Shown here: piece by piece, positions 52,445 through 62,400 of the stretch | How the letters are laid out: each line of letters begins with the position of its first letter | How positions within the stretch are numbered: the stretch's first letter is position 1 | Assembly: GCA_963779755.1 (NCBI GenBank) | Contig: CAVZZO010000003.1 | Location: 544,001-608,000, forward strand | DNA: 64,000 bases | Direction: 5' to 3' | Origin: an uncultured Gemmatimonadales bacterium | GTDB lineage: Bacteria > Gemmatimonadota > Gemmatimonadetes > Gemmatimonadales > GWC2-71-9 | Made by a program: the position numbers and the translations under genes | The notes under the pieces: model-generated | Told to the model about the DNA's origin: nothing | Seen by the model: only the letters and a program-made list of their open reading frames with translations | Databases searched by the model: none

Positions 52445-52686
52445 GTGCGAAGTCTAATCGTCCCCGGCTGCTGGGGGAGCCCGGAACAGCACAGGAGGAG
52501 CGGGGGAATGGGGAGTGGAAGGGGGGGCGGGGTCTGGCCCTGCGCCGGCTCGGTTGCCGCTGAATCCGGATCGGGCGCCAGTCTATCCAGAACTGAGCCC
52601 AGAACTGACCCGCGTCATATCGGCAGGCCTGGGAATCGGCGTTTTCAAGGCCCGATCAACGGCTGCCTGGCCCATCGCCGCCGCCG

Positions 52687-52980
52687 TTTTCCACCAGGCC
52701 CTCAACGATATCCACAGCAGGGACCGTCCCAACCTTGGCCGAATGCTGTCAAATGGATATACACAATCGGGTGTGGAAGATGGAGATTTTCCACAAGTGG
52801 AGACGTGGAGGAGGTGGAAACCTGCCCATAAGCCCATGATGTCGAAGGTGCTGGAGACTTATCCCATTATCCACTTTAAGTGAAATGCGTAACTCATTTA
52901 TTCACAGTCATTAACTTGCACTACCAGATGTGGATAATATGGTGATGACACTGTCGCATCCATCTGGAATTTTATACACG
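52687..52980. promoter_or_regulatory. DnaA-box cluster in an AT-rich intergenic region (candidate oriC or DnaA-regulatory locus)
   Basis: TTWTNCACA matches: TTTTCCACA 52787, TTATTCACA 52898, TGTGGATAA 52929; one-mismatch boxes at 52708, 52757, 52772, 52867, 52972. Confidence 0.7.
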
Positions 52981-53079
52981 CGGGGTGCATGAGGGTGTTT
53001 CTGGCACCAGAAAGGCCCGGTCCGCGCCCTATATGAGCCTGACCGGGCCCGATCTGGCAGCCCTGACAAGAAACCTTGC

Positions 53080-53655
53080 TCAGGCCTCTGAGGTGGCCTC
53101 TTCCCCTTCCCCGATCGCCAGCGGAATCCGGCGGGCCCTGGCCTTCCGGAGGACAACCCAGAGGGCGTAAAGGAGGAAGGGCGAAAAGATGACTGCCTCC
53201 ACCAGGAATGTCGGAATGGCATGGAGGCTGAGGTATTCAGCGGCCGAGGTGGCCCCGGGAATCGGGCGCCAGGCGAAGAGCCATGTCTCGGTGGAGAAGG
53301 GCCAGAAGACCATCGGCCCGTGGCCCAAGCGGCTCAGCATGTCCAGGACGCAGTGACTTCCCACAGCCAGAAAGGTCCAGAGCGCCACCGGGCCAGGGGA
53401 GGCCCTCCGTCGCCGGGCGATCAGAGCTGCCGCCAGGGCGATCATCGCCGCGAAGAAGAGGGAGTGGGTCACCCCCCGGTGCCCCAGCGGGCCGTCCGGG
53501 GAAACGCCAAGCAGGCCTCCCAGCAGGTCGATATCAGGGAGGAGGCCCAGGAGGGCAAACCCACAGACAGCCAGCCTGGGCCTGGGGGCGTCCGTATCCT
53601 GCGCGTAGGCCGCCCCAACGGCCGAACCGACCATCAGATGTCCGATACTAGCCAT
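53080..53655 (-). CDS. YdjM/DUF457-type membrane metal-dependent hydrolase
   Basis: GH, LPDID, HRGVTHSL, SHCVLD, FWP. Confidence 0.88.
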   Translation of the reverse strand: MASIGHLMVGSAVGAAYAQDTDAPRPRLAVCGFALLGLLPDIDLLGGLLGVSPDGPLGHRGVTHSLFFAAMIALAAALIARRRRASPGPVALWTFLAVGSHCVLDMLSRLGHGPMVFWPFSTETWLFAWRPIPGATSAAEYLSLHAIPTFLVEAVIFSPFLLYALWVVLRKARARRIPLAIGEGEEATSEA

Positions 53656-53803
53656 GATCTCAGGAGAACCTTCAAAGAAGAGCGAAAATACGAGTTGGCC
53701 TGGCACTGGGGAAGTTCCGTGCCAGGCTCGATCAGTTGGAGAATAGCCGGATTTTGCCGGGCCGGAACCGGGGCCCGGTTCGCAGCATGCAATCCCTGCC
53801 GGG

Positions 53804-54643
53804 TCAGCGGCGCAGAAACCGCAGATTCAGGGTGCCACCCCAGACGAAGGGACCGACCATCCGGATCGGGGACGCCCGCAGCGCGTCGGCCAGGTCACCC
53901 TTGCCCTCAATCCGGAGGAGCCCGGCCACGGCCTGGCTGGAATCGGGCTGGAGCGACACCTCGGCCAGAGACCGGGCGCCGCGGAAGCCCGGGGTCACCC
54001 ACACCTGGCGGCGGGATTCGCCCGCCTGGGCCGAATCGGCCAGATGGCCGTCCCAGATCAGCGTGCTCTTCCCCACTTTCACTTCGTAACGGTCGTCCTC
54101 GGTGCTGTCGGGCGACTTTCCCGCCTCGGCGTCTACGTGGTCGGCCCTGATCAGCACCGACTGCGCCCGCTGCCCTGCCTGCCAGTCGGAAGTCATGATT
54201 CCAGGCGTGTAGTAGAGGTCAGGGCTTCCCTGCCCCTCGTCGGGCTCGACCGCCAGGAGCCAGACGGCCAGCAGCTGCCGGTCCTGGTAGCTCCTGATCT
54301 TGTCGCGGCTCAGGACGGTGTTGCCCATGCGCAGTGAATCGCCGTAGAAGAGACAGAAATTCGAGGGAGTCCAGTTGCCGTATTCGCCCTCCTGCGCCGT
54401 CCGCTGGACGGCGGGATTGAGCCCGGTCATCCCCCGGGCGGGGCGGGGATGGTAGTCCCTGGAAATCCGCCGGGCGGCCGCGGCCGAATCGACCAGAAAG
54501 CTGATGCACAGGCCTGCGTGCAGCCCCTGAAGGCTCCACTGCTGGATTTCCTGCTCGTTCTGAGCCCTGGCCTGCGAGGCGGCCAGCAGCAGCGCACCGG
54601 CCAGCAGCGCCGGAACCCGGATACTCCTGAACAGTCTTCGCAC
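53804..54643 (-). CDS. Hypothetical secreted protein
   Basis: Signal peptide ending ARAQ; 279-aa ORF with GC-biased codons; no recognised motif. Confidence 0.7.
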   Translation of the reverse strand: MRRLFRSIRVPALLAGALLLAASQARAQNEQEIQQWSLQGLHAGLCISFLVDSAAAARRISRDYHPRPARGMTGLNPAVQRTAQEGEYGNWTPSNFCLFYGDSLRMGNTVLSRDKIRSYQDRQLLAVWLLAVEPDEGQGSPDLYYTPGIMTSDWQAGQRAQSVLIRADHVDAEAGKSPDSTEDDRYEVKVGKSTLIWDGHLADSAQAGESRRQVWVTPGFRGARSLAEVSLQPDSSQAVAGLLRIEGKGDLADALRASPIRMVGPFVWGGTLNLRFLRR

Positions 54644-54681
54644 CGCCCCCCCTATGCCAAGCCACCACAGTGAAATAGTTG

Positions 54682-55266
54682 TCAGCGCTCCAGGCGGGCG
54701 ACCGCCTGATCCAGCGCTTTCCAGCTGGCCGCCTCGCCGGGATCGAAGCGAAGGTCCCGCCAGGCGACCCTGCCCTCCCGGTCGAGCACGAACACGGCCC
54801 TCCGGGCGTAGCCGCCGGGGTCCCGCGCTCCGTAGCGGCGGGCGACCCGAAGGTCCGCGTCGCTGAGCAGCGGAAAGGGCAACTGCAACTCGGCCGTAAA
54901 GCGCAGGTGCCTGGCCAGCGAATCCCCGCTCACGGCGGCGACGCTCACGTCCTCCCAGACCGAGGCCCGTCGGCTCAGCTCGCGCAGCAGGGTGGCGGCG
55001 CTCGCCGTGTAGTCGTATGGATAGAACGCGAGCACCACGATACTGCCGCGCTCGTCCCGCAGCCGGAAGGGTGCGCCCGCCGCCTCCACCCGGCGGCTGC
55101 GGGTCTGCGGCAGCTCGAAACCGGGCGCGGCATCCCCCGGTTCCGGGCCGGACGACAGGAACCCGGCCGGCGGCCCCTTGGGCTGCTGCGCGGCCAGCGC
55201 GGCGGCCCAGAGCCCGGGCAGAAGCGCCAGCACTACCACGGCGCGGCGGACGGTGAACCGGCTCAT
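54682..55266 (-). CDS. Secreted AhpC/TSA (BCP-like) redoxin lacking the peroxidatic Cys
   Basis: PGDAAPGFEL, VVLAFYP.D.T, VSGDS...H..F, FPLLSD, RAVFVLDREG. Confidence 0.82.
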   Translation of the reverse strand: MSRFTVRRAVVVLALLPGLWAAALAAQQPKGPPAGFLSSGPEPGDAAPGFELPQTRSRRVEAAGAPFRLRDERGSIVVLAFYPYDYTASAATLLRELSRRASVWEDVSVAAVSGDSLARHLRFTAELQLPFPLLSDADLRVARRYGARDPGGYARRAVFVLDREGRVAWRDLRFDPGEAASWKALDQAVARLER

Positions 55267-55781
55267 CGCGCGGCGGTCACCTGCTGAAGGGCATCCTCGA
55301 ACTTCTGGTCGGATCCTACGCCGGTATAGACGATCTTTCCCGCGCGGTTCACGATGACGACATAGGACGTGCTGGGCGGGTCGTATGCCCGCTGGCTCAC
55401 GCCATCGTCGTCGTACAGCACCTGGAAGGGGGGATGTTCCTTCTGCACATAGCGGCGGACGCGCTCGGGAGTCTGGTTGACCGCGACGTTCACGCCCACA
55501 AACGCGACCTGCTTGCCGTAGCGCTCTCGCGCAGCCCGCACCCGCGGCATCATGGCCTTGCAGAGCGGGCACCACGTGGCCCAGAACTCCAGGAACACCG
55601 GCTGCCTGCCGAGATACCGGCCCAGATCCACGCGGGTGCCGGAGAGGTCGGGAATGGTCACCACCGGGGCGGGATCGCCTACTCCGGGCGGGGCGTCCTG
55701 GGCAGACAACAGCGCTGCCGGCCCCGAGAGCAGCCCCAGGGCGGCGGCCGCCGGCAGGAGAGCGTGGCGGATGAATCTCAC
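55263..55781 (-). CDS. TlpA/ResA-like thiol-disulfide oxidoreductase
   Basis: FWATWCPLC, signal peptide, VGDPAP; GTG overlaps the ccdA stop. Confidence 0.9.
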   Translation of the reverse strand: MRFIRHALLPAAAALGLLSGPAALLSAQDAPPGVGDPAPVVTIPDLSGTRVDLGRYLGRQPVFLEFWATWCPLCKAMMPRVRAARERYGKQVAFVGVNVAVNQTPERVRRYVQKEHPPFQVLYDDDGVSQRAYDPPSTSYVVIVNRAGKIVYTGVGSDQKFEDALQQVTAAR

Positions 55782-56479
55782 AGGACTTTCCCCATCTGTA
55801 TGAAGTAATACTCGCTCATGGCAAGCAGGATGATCCCGGCGGCTCGCTTGACCCAGAGCAGCCAGACCCCACTGCGGGGCAACGAAGCCAGCAGGCCGCT
55901 GGAGGCTCCCACCAGCACGAGAAGCGCCGTCATCCCCAAGGAGAAGACGAACAGGTACAGAAAACCCCACACGGGGCTGCCTGCGGCGGCCACGAAGGTG
56001 AGCACCGCCGCAAATGCCGGCGCGCCGCAGGGAGCGGCGACCAGGCCCGAGGTGGCGCCCATCAGGAAGGCTCCCCCGGGGGATCCTCCGGCGATCCGGC
56101 CCGCCCGGGCCAGCAGCCCGGACGGCGCCTGCAAGGTGAAGACTCCCAGGAGGGCCAGGGCGAACAGGAGCAGCAGGTTGGCAATGGTGAAGTAGGCCCA
56201 GGGATTTGAGCTGATGGTACCGAAGAGCGAGCCGGTGAGGCCGGCCAGTAGCCCCAGCGAGGCGTACACCAGGGCGAGCCCCAGCGCATAGAGCAGGCTC
56301 AACGACAGCGTGCGGCGGCGCGACTGCCCGGCGCCGGCGCCGCCCAGAATCCCGGCGGTAATGGGGATCATGGGGTAGATGCAGGGCGTCAGGCTGGTGA
56401 CCAGGCCGGCGACGAAGAGCGTACCAAGGGCCACCAGCGGCTGTTGCCGGAGCGCCGATTCGAGCGACCCGAGTATCAC
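55778..56479 (-). CDS. CcdA/DsbD transmembrane electron-transfer protein
   Basis: SLTPCIYPMIPI and APCGAP Cys motifs, LPRSG.W. Confidence 0.9.
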   Translation of the reverse strand: MILGSLESALRQQPLVALGTLFVAGLVTSLTPCIYPMIPITAGILGGAGAGQSRRRTLSLSLLYALGLALVYASLGLLAGLTGSLFGTISSNPWAYFTIANLLLLFALALLGVFTLQAPSGLLARAGRIAGGSPGGAFLMGATSGLVAAPCGAPAFAAVLTFVAAAGSPVWGFLYLFVFSLGMTALLVLVGASSGLLASLPRSGVWLLWVKRAAGIILLAMSEYYFIQMGKVL

Positions 56480-56492
56480 GACTCCGGCGCTC

Positions 56493-56984
56493 TCAGCCGC
56501 CGGCGCGATGGTCGCGTCGCTGGAAGGCGAGAAATTCGTGGATGGCGGCCACCGCCGCGGGGTCCGGACTGCTGATACGCACCTCGCCCCCCAGGGGACG
56601 ATCATGATATTCGTACTGGATGCGATCGCGCCGTTCGGCCATGACCCTGGTGCCGGGAACGTCCTGGTCGTGCACCGCGTGGGGGGCGCTGAAGTCTCCC
56701 GCGGCGAACGCACGGGTGATGGTGCGCAGATGCTGCCGGATGATCTCCACACCCGAATCGGCGCTGTCCCGTTCGAACCTGATGATGCCGCCGTCGGGGA
56801 GATCGCGGAAGTGGTGCACCGAGCTGTACTGGTCCACCCCCATCACCATGGCGCCCCGGTGCTGCATGGCGGTGAAATTCGAATCGCTCTGGTGCTGATG
56901 ATCGTGTTCCTGGGCCGCGGCCGGGGACACCGGCAGGGCCGCGCAGACCAGGGCGAGCAGCACCGCAGCGTGCGCCGGCTTCAT
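56493..56984 (-). CDS. Hypothetical secreted His-rich protein
   Basis: Signal peptide, HDHQHQ, MGVDQ....[16 protein letters not shown]. Confidence 0.75.
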   Translation of the reverse strand: MKPAHAAVLLALVCAALPVSPAAAQEHDHQHQSDSNFTAMQHRGAMVMGVDQYSSVHHFRDLPDGGIIRFERDSADSGVEIIRQHLRTITRAFAAGDFSAPHAVHDQDVPGTRVMAERRDRIQYEYHDRPLGGEVRISSPDPAAVAAIHEFLAFQRRDHRAGG

Positions 56985-58219
56985 GACGAACTCGCCGGCT
57001 CGGCGGCGAGGCCGTAGTGGGACACGACGTAATCGTCGAGGATCTGCTGGAACTCCGCCACGATGTTCTCGCCTTTCAGGGTGACGAAGAGCCGTCCGTC
57101 CACATAGACCGGCGCCTTGGGCTCTTCGAAGGTGCCGGGCAGCGAAATCCCCAGGTGGGCGTGCTTGCTCTCGCCCGGCCCGTTCACTACGCAGCCCATG
57201 ACGGCCACCCGCAGTTCCTCCACTCCCGGCCGCTCCGCCCGCCAGAACGGCATCCGCTCGCGGATGTGGCACTGGATATCTTCGGCCATCTGCTGGAAGA
57301 AGGTGCTGGTGGTGCGCCCGCAGCCGGGACAGGCGGTAACCTGGGGGGCGAAGCGGCGCAGCTCCAGCGACTGGAGAACCTGCTGGGCCACCTGCACCTC
57401 CAGGGTCCGATCGCCGCCGGGGGCGGGCGTTAGAGACACGCGGATGGTATCGCCGATGCCTTCCTGCAACAGCACCGCCAGGCCGGCGGTACTGGCCACG
57501 ATACCCTTGGTGCCAAGGCCGGCTTCGGTGAGGCCCAGGTGGAGGGGGTAGTCGCAGCGGGCGGCGAGCCGGCGATAGACGTCGATCAGGTCCTGTACCC
57601 CGGACACCTTGGCACTCAGAATGATGTGGTCGTGCGGCAGCCCGGCCGATTCGGCCAGCCGGGCGGAGCGCAGCGCGCTCTCGACCATGGCCTCGAACAT
57701 GACGTCGCGGGCTTCGCGCGGCGCGGCCAGCGCGGCATTGGCGTCCATCAGTTCCGTCAGGAGGAGCTGGTCCAGGGAGCCCCAGTTGACGCCGATGCGC
57801 ACCGGCTTCCCGTGCGCCAGGGCCACTTCGATGATGGCGCGAAAGTGCTCATCGGCCCGCTTGCCGCCCACGTTGCCCGGATTGATGCGGTACTTGGCGA
57901 GCGCGCGGGCGCACTCGGGATGACGGGTGAGCAGCAGGTGCCCGTTGTAGTGGAAATCGCCGATCAGCGGCACGGCGCAGCCCGCCGCGGCCAGCCCCTC
58001 GGCGATACGAGGCACCGCGGCGGCCGCCGCCTCGTTATTGACCGTCACCCGGACCAGCTCGCTCCCGGCCTCCGCCAGGGCGCGCACCTGGGCCACCGTG
58101 GCCGCCACATCGGCGGTGTCGGTGTTGGTCATCGACTGCACCACGATCGGGTGCCCAGCGCCGACCGGCACGCCGCCGACGGTGACGGTGGGGGTCTGGC
58201 GTCTGACGGGGAGGGACAT
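56981..58219 (-). CDS. ispG: 4-hydroxy-3-methylbut-2-en-1-yl diphosphate synthase
   Basis: [52 protein letters not shown]. Confidence 0.97.
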   Translation of the reverse strand: MSLPVRRQTPTVTVGGVPVGAGHPIVVQSMTNTDTADVAATVAQVRALAEAGSELVRVTVNNEAAAAAVPRIAEGLAAAGCAVPLIGDFHYNGHLLLTRHPECARALAKYRINPGNVGGKRADEHFRAIIEVALAHGKPVRIGVNWGSLDQLLLTELMDANAALAAPREARDVMFEAMVESALRSARLAESAGLPHDHIILSAKVSGVQDLIDVYRRLAARCDYPLHLGLTEAGLGTKGIVASTAGLAVLLQEGIGDTIRVSLTPAPGGDRTLEVQVAQQVLQSLELRRFAPQVTACPGCGRTTSTFFQQMAEDIQCHIRERMPFWRAERPGVEELRVAVMGCVVNGPGESKHAHLGISLPGTFEEPKAPVYVDGRLFVTLKGENIVAEFQQILDDYVVSHYGLAAEPASSS

Positions 58220-58236
58220 GCCCGGAATATAAGGGG

Positions 58237-59112
58237 CTAGGCGGTACTGAACTCTGCGCGGTCGATCGCGGCGCGGTCGTCCGCGCCGAGCTCGAGATCG
58301 GCGGACCGGGCAGCGTCCTCGGCGTGCGCGACGGTCCGCGCACCGGGGATGGCGACAACCGTTGGCCCCTGGGCCAGTACCCAGGCGGTGACCACGGCAT
58401 GGGGCGAGGCATTCAGCCGCCGGGCGATGTCGCGAACCACGGGGTGCCCCGGCAGTTTCTTGTTGAGCCGGCCGCCACCCACCGGGCTGTAGGCGAGGAA
58501 GGTGATCCCCAGCTCGCCGCAGCGCCGGACCAGGCCCTCACGCACCGCTTCGCGAAAGAAGGGATTGAGGCGGTTCTGGACCGAGACCACGTCCACCAGG
58601 GCGCAGGCCGCCTCCAGCTGCGCCAGGGAGACATTCGAAATGCCCACCCAGCGGATCTTCCCTTCCCGCTGCAGATCGGCCAGCGTGCCCACGCTTTCCT
58701 CGTAGGGCACGGCGGGATCGGGGGCATGCAACTGGTAGAGGTCGATCCGATCCACCTCCAGCCGCTGCAGGCTCCCGTCGCACGCCCGGCGCAGATGCTC
58801 GGGCCGGCCGTTGCGTTCCCAGCGGCCGTCGGGCCGGGTCATGCCGCCCTTGGTGGCGACCAGGACCTGGCCGGCGGGGCCGCGCCAGCTCCGCAGGGCG
58901 TGCGCCACCAGGCGCTCACCATGGCCGATATCAAGATGAGAGGTGCAATAGACGTCCGCGGTATCGATCAGAGTCGCGCCGGCATCGAGCGAGCTGTGAA
59001 TGACCCGGATGCCGGTGGGATCGTCCGGCCGGCCCTGGATCGAGAGCGGCATTTCGCCGAATCCGATAATCGAAACCGGCCGGCCGGTCGAGCCGAGAGC
59101 AAGGGTCCGCAT
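58237..59112 (-). CDS. Aldo/keto reductase
   Basis: [36 protein letters not shown]. Confidence 0.93.
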   Translation of the reverse strand: MRTLALGSTGRPVSIIGFGEMPLSIQGRPDDPTGIRVIHSSLDAGATLIDTADVYCTSHLDIGHGERLVAHALRSWRGPAGQVLVATKGGMTRPDGRWERNGRPEHLRRACDGSLQRLEVDRIDLYQLHAPDPAVPYEESVGTLADLQREGKIRWVGISNVSLAQLEAACALVDVVSVQNRLNPFFREAVREGLVRRCGELGITFLAYSPVGGGRLNKKLPGHPVVRDIARRLNASPHAVVTAWVLAQGPTVVAIPGARTVAHAEDAARSADLELGADDRAAIDRAEFSTA

Positions 59113-59170
59113 GGATGAAACGTAAACCGTGCGGCACCCTGCGGGTACCGAGGCCAGAGGGGGGCGGGCG

Positions 59171-59932
59171 TCAGCCGATCAGATGCTGGTCGAGGAACTT
59201 GACGACGTCCTGACGGACCTCGTAGTAGATGCCCATGGCGTGGGCGTCGCCGGGCACCAGACGCGACTGCACCCGGGGAAGATCGCGGCTCCAGTTCCGA
59301 ACATTGTCGGCCCCGCTGAAGGGGTCCTGTTCGCTGGAAGTGAGCAGCGCCGGGGCCTGCAGCGCCTCCAGATTGCGCCGGATCCGCTCCGAGCCGTCGT
59401 CGCCGAAGGCCAGGGCGCCGGCGGCACCGAAGGTCACCACGGCGCGCAGCCCCTGCATGGCGGGCGCCGCCAGCAGCACGCCGCTGCCGCCCACGCTCGC
59501 GCCCACCAGGGCGAGACGGCCGGGGTCGATGAAATTCTGGGCGGCACCCCAGCCCGCCACCCGCAGGATGTCGTTGTCGATGCGGTGGAATTCCAGCGCC
59601 TTGATACTGCTCATGAACGCGGCGCCGAAGGGCTCCAGCCCGAACCCTTCGGGCGTGTCGATTACCACCGGGCCGCCGGGGCCGTGCACACTGGCGCCGT
59701 GCCCGCGGAGATCGAACGCGAGCACGGCGGCGCCGAGGTCGAGCAGGTCCTCAATGAGGGGCGCGTAGCTATCGCTGGTGGCGGGATACTGGTGCGCCAG
59801 CACCGCCAGGGGGTGCCGGCGCCCCGTGCCCGTTTCCGGGTACTCCAGAATGCCCTTGAGGAGAATGCCGTCCGCGGTGCGGACGGACATCTCCAGCGGG
59901 CTCAGGGGCGGCAGCGAGGCGGCGCGGGGCAC
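59171..59932 (-). CDS. Alpha/beta hydrolase
   Basis: FDLRGHGAS, GASVG nucleophile elbow, D and H (AHAM) candidates. Confidence 0.85.
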   Translation of the reverse strand: MPRAASLPPLSPLEMSVRTADGILLKGILEYPETGTGRRHPLAVLAHQYPATSDSYAPLIEDLLDLGAAVLAFDLRGHGASVHGPGGPVVIDTPEGFGLEPFGAAFMSSIKALEFHRIDNDILRVAGWGAAQNFIDPGRLALVGASVGGSGVLLAAPAMQGLRAVVTFGAAGALAFGDDGSERIRRNLEALQAPALLTSSEQDPFSGADNVRNWSRDLPRVQSRLVPGDAHAMGIYYEVRQDVVKFLDQHLIG

Positions 59933-59938
59933 GGCAGG

Positions 59939-60208
59939 TCAGCGCAGGCCGAGCTGCTTCTCCAGCCGGAACCATTCTTCGGGGCGCAGCAGGTCGGTCT
60001 GGCGCAAGGGCGCGAGCGCCTGCTCGATTTCCTCGCGGCTGCCGCCGATACGCCGGTCGCGCAATTCACCCACCATCCGGGCGAAGCGCTGGTCGAATCC
60101 GGTGCGGTCGAGCTCGCCGTTCTTCCGCATGGCGCTCAGCCGGCGGATTTCTTCGGCCAGGCGCGTGGGGGAGATCGGTGTGAGGTCCCCGCCGGGCTGT
60201 TCGCTCAT
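59939..60208 (-). CDS. Small hypothetical helical protein
   Basis: AGGAG RBS before ATG 60208; 89-aa helical ORF. Confidence 0.65.
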   Translation of the reverse strand: MSEQPGGDLTPISPTRLAEEIRRLSAMRKNGELDRTGFDQRFARMVGELRDRRIGGSREEIEQALAPLRQTDLLRPEEWFRLEKQLGLR

Positions 60209-60293
60209 GACTGGCGCTCTCCTTTGTGGAAGACCCGCGGCAAAGCGGCGTTCGGGCACGCGCGGGTGTCACGCATAATAGAAGCCCGCGTGA

Positions 60294-60818
60294 TCAGTCC
60301 GCCAGCCCTACCCGGCCGTGCAGCGGACTCATATGCTCGAACTCGGCCGTGATCCGGATGCTCGGGGGGAGCTGGAACACCTGCTGGAAGATATCGCGGG
60401 TGACCTGCGCGCCGCGCTCCAGGTCCTGCGCAAAGTCCACCTGGATGAACTCCGGCACCGGCCCTTCGGGCGTGACCTCCACCTGGTACGGCAGGCCTTC
60501 CCGCTCCAGCAGGGCCTTGACCTGGTCATAGTACGGTCCCGACCAGGAAGACCGGGGAAAATCGAGCGTCAGGCCGATGTGTTCTTCGTCGCGAATGTAC
60601 TTGGAGAACTCCACGAAGCGCTCATCGCCCTGAACCTGGAAGACCACGAAGCCAAGGTCGTATCCCCGCTGCAACAGCGTGTCCAGACACTGCGCCAGAT
60701 CCGTCAGGGCGATATTCACGCTGAGCAGCGACTGCCGCCGCTGACGGGCCACGAACCAGACCACGGCCGCGACCAGCAACAGGATGGCAAGCAGGATCAG
60801 GACCAGGGTGAGGCTCAC
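60294..60818 (-). CDS. Hypothetical protein with an N-terminal TM anchor
   Basis: GGAG RBS, TM helix, then a soluble domain. Confidence 0.7.
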   Translation of the reverse strand: MSLTLVLILLAILLLVAAVVWFVARQRRQSLLSVNIALTDLAQCLDTLLQRGYDLGFVVFQVQGDERFVEFSKYIRDEEHIGLTLDFPRSSWSGPYYDQVKALLEREGLPYQVEVTPEGPVPEFIQVDFAQDLERGAQVTRDIFQQVFQLPPSIRITAEFEHMSPLHGRVGLAD

Positions 60819-60955
60819 GGATGCTCCGGGGTCGGCGGTTCACCCACAGGTGGACGGCGCCCGGCCTGGCGCCGCCGCTGAATCTTCCTCCGGCAGCGCC
60901 CCCGGTCAATGGCCCACCATCCGGGCGCCGGGGCCGGCGCCGGAGCGGCGGCCGC

Positions 60956-61390
60956 TCACGGAACCAGAAGCGGCAGCCCGGTCGCCTCGTCTTTCCGTCG
61001 CTCCAGAGGCGACGGCGTCTCGGTCAGGAGCAACTCGAGGGTGGGCCAGACGCGCGCCTCCAGCAGATGGCCGCCGATGGCCGAACCGTCCCGCCGGCCC
61101 ACCACGGCGTGCCCGTGCACCTGGATTTCCTGACCCACCCGGGCAACGTTCCCCGCCAGGGACACGACCTCTACCTGCTCCTCCAGGGCGTTGCGCAGGT
61201 AGTCTTTCCGGTCCCGGTCGAAATATCCCAGCACCACGCGGCTGAAGCCGCCGATGGCCACGAACCCGGCGCCGCCGATACCTTCCCGGCGGGCGAAGTC
61301 CAGCAGGGCGTCGGGCATGGCATCGCCCGGCTCGCCCACCAGGGTCCAGGTCCGCCGGCCCGGTTCGCCCCCCAGCAGCCGCGATCTCAC
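60956..61390 (-). CDS. PPC/DUF296 domain protein
   Basis: AIGG, EVVSLAGNV, HGHAVVG, GGHL, VWPTLE. Confidence 0.88.
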   Translation of the reverse strand: MRSRLLGGEPGRRTWTLVGEPGDAMPDALLDFARREGIGGAGFVAIGGFSRVVLGYFDRDRKDYLRNALEEQVEVVSLAGNVARVGQEIQVHGHAVVGRRDGSAIGGHLLEARVWPTLELLLTETPSPLERRKDEATGLPLLVP

Positions 61391-62400
61391 CGGCGGCGGT
61401 TCCACAGGGCCGCGGCGGCCGTTCCGGCCAGCACCGCGCCACCGGCGGCGATGAGCGCCCGATGGGTGTTCATCCACAGTTGGCTGCTGCCCGAGCGGGC
61501 GCGGGCGTCGAAATCGCCGTGGGCGCCGTGGTCCCCCGGCACCGGTTCCCAGAGGTTGTCGGGCCGGTTGGGATCGCGCGGCTGATCGGTCTGCTGTGCC
61601 GAGTAGGCGTTGGAGGCAAGGTAGTGATCGAGCAGACCCGGGGCCACCTTGTTGCCCTGGATCGCCCGGACGGTGGGCCAGCCCACCTCCAGCTCACGGC
61701 GGCGGTGATGCGCGGCCCAGTAGATGGCTTCCGCGGCCACCTCCGGCTGGTAGATGGGGGGGACCGGCTGGGCTCTGTTCGGCAGGCGGGAGCGGACCCA
61801 GCCGAACTGGGGTGTGTTGAGCGCCGGCATCTGGACCATGGTGACCCACACGTTGCTGTCCTCATGCAGCAGCTCGCAGCGCAGCGAATCGGTAAAGCCG
61901 CGGATGGCGTGCTTGGCGCCGCAATAAGCCGCCTGGAGCGGGATACTGCGCGCCGCCAGGGCAGACCCCACCTGCACGATGGTTCCGCGGTCGCGCGGCA
62001 GCATCCGCCGCAGCGCGGCCATGGTACCGTACACCACTCCCAGGTAGGTCACCTCGGTCACCCGGCGGAACTCCTCCGGGGCGGTCTCCCGGACCGGGGC
62101 GAAGACCGAGGTCATGGCGTTATTGACCCAGATATCGATAGGTCCGAACGCCTCCTCCACCGCGCCGGCCGCCGTTTCCACTTCGTCGGGATGGGCCACA
62201 TCGGTGGGCAGAACCAGCGCCTCGCCGCCCAGGACCTCGATTTCATACCGGGTCGCCTCCAGGCCCTCTTCGCCGCGGGCCAGCAGGCCGACCCGCGCCC
62301 CGCGCCGCCCGAATTCCCGCGCGGTGGCGCGGCCCACGCCGGCGGAGGCGCCGGTAATGACCACCACCTCGCGCGCGCTGTGACCGTTCTGTGTGCTCAT
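61387..62400 (-). CDS. SDR family oxidoreductase
   Basis: ITGASAGVG, WVNNA, YCGAKHA. Confidence 0.93.
   Translation of the reverse strand: MSTQNGHSAREVVVITGASAGVGRATAREFGRRGARVGLLARGEEGLEATRYEIEVLGGEALVLPTDVAHPDEVETAAGAVEEAFGPIDIWVNNAMTSVFAPVRETAPEEFRRVTEVTYLGVVYGTMAALRRMLPRDRGTIVQVGSALAARSIPLQAAYCGAKHAIRGFTDSLRCELLHEDSNVWVTMVQMPALNTPQFGWVRSRLPNRAQPVPPIYQPEVAAEAIYWAAHHRRRELEVGWPTVRAIQGNKVAPGLLDHYLASNAYSAQQTDQPRDPNRPDNLWEPVPGDHGAHGDFDARARSGSSQLWMNTHRALIAAGGAVLAGTAAAALWNRRR

Noticed and set aside
52515..52883. ORFs in the pyk upstream region
   Set aside because: Atypical composition with no motifs; they overlap the DnaA-box cluster.
54990..55030. Selenocysteine in the redoxin active site
   Set aside because: The codon at the Cys position is GCC, not TGA.
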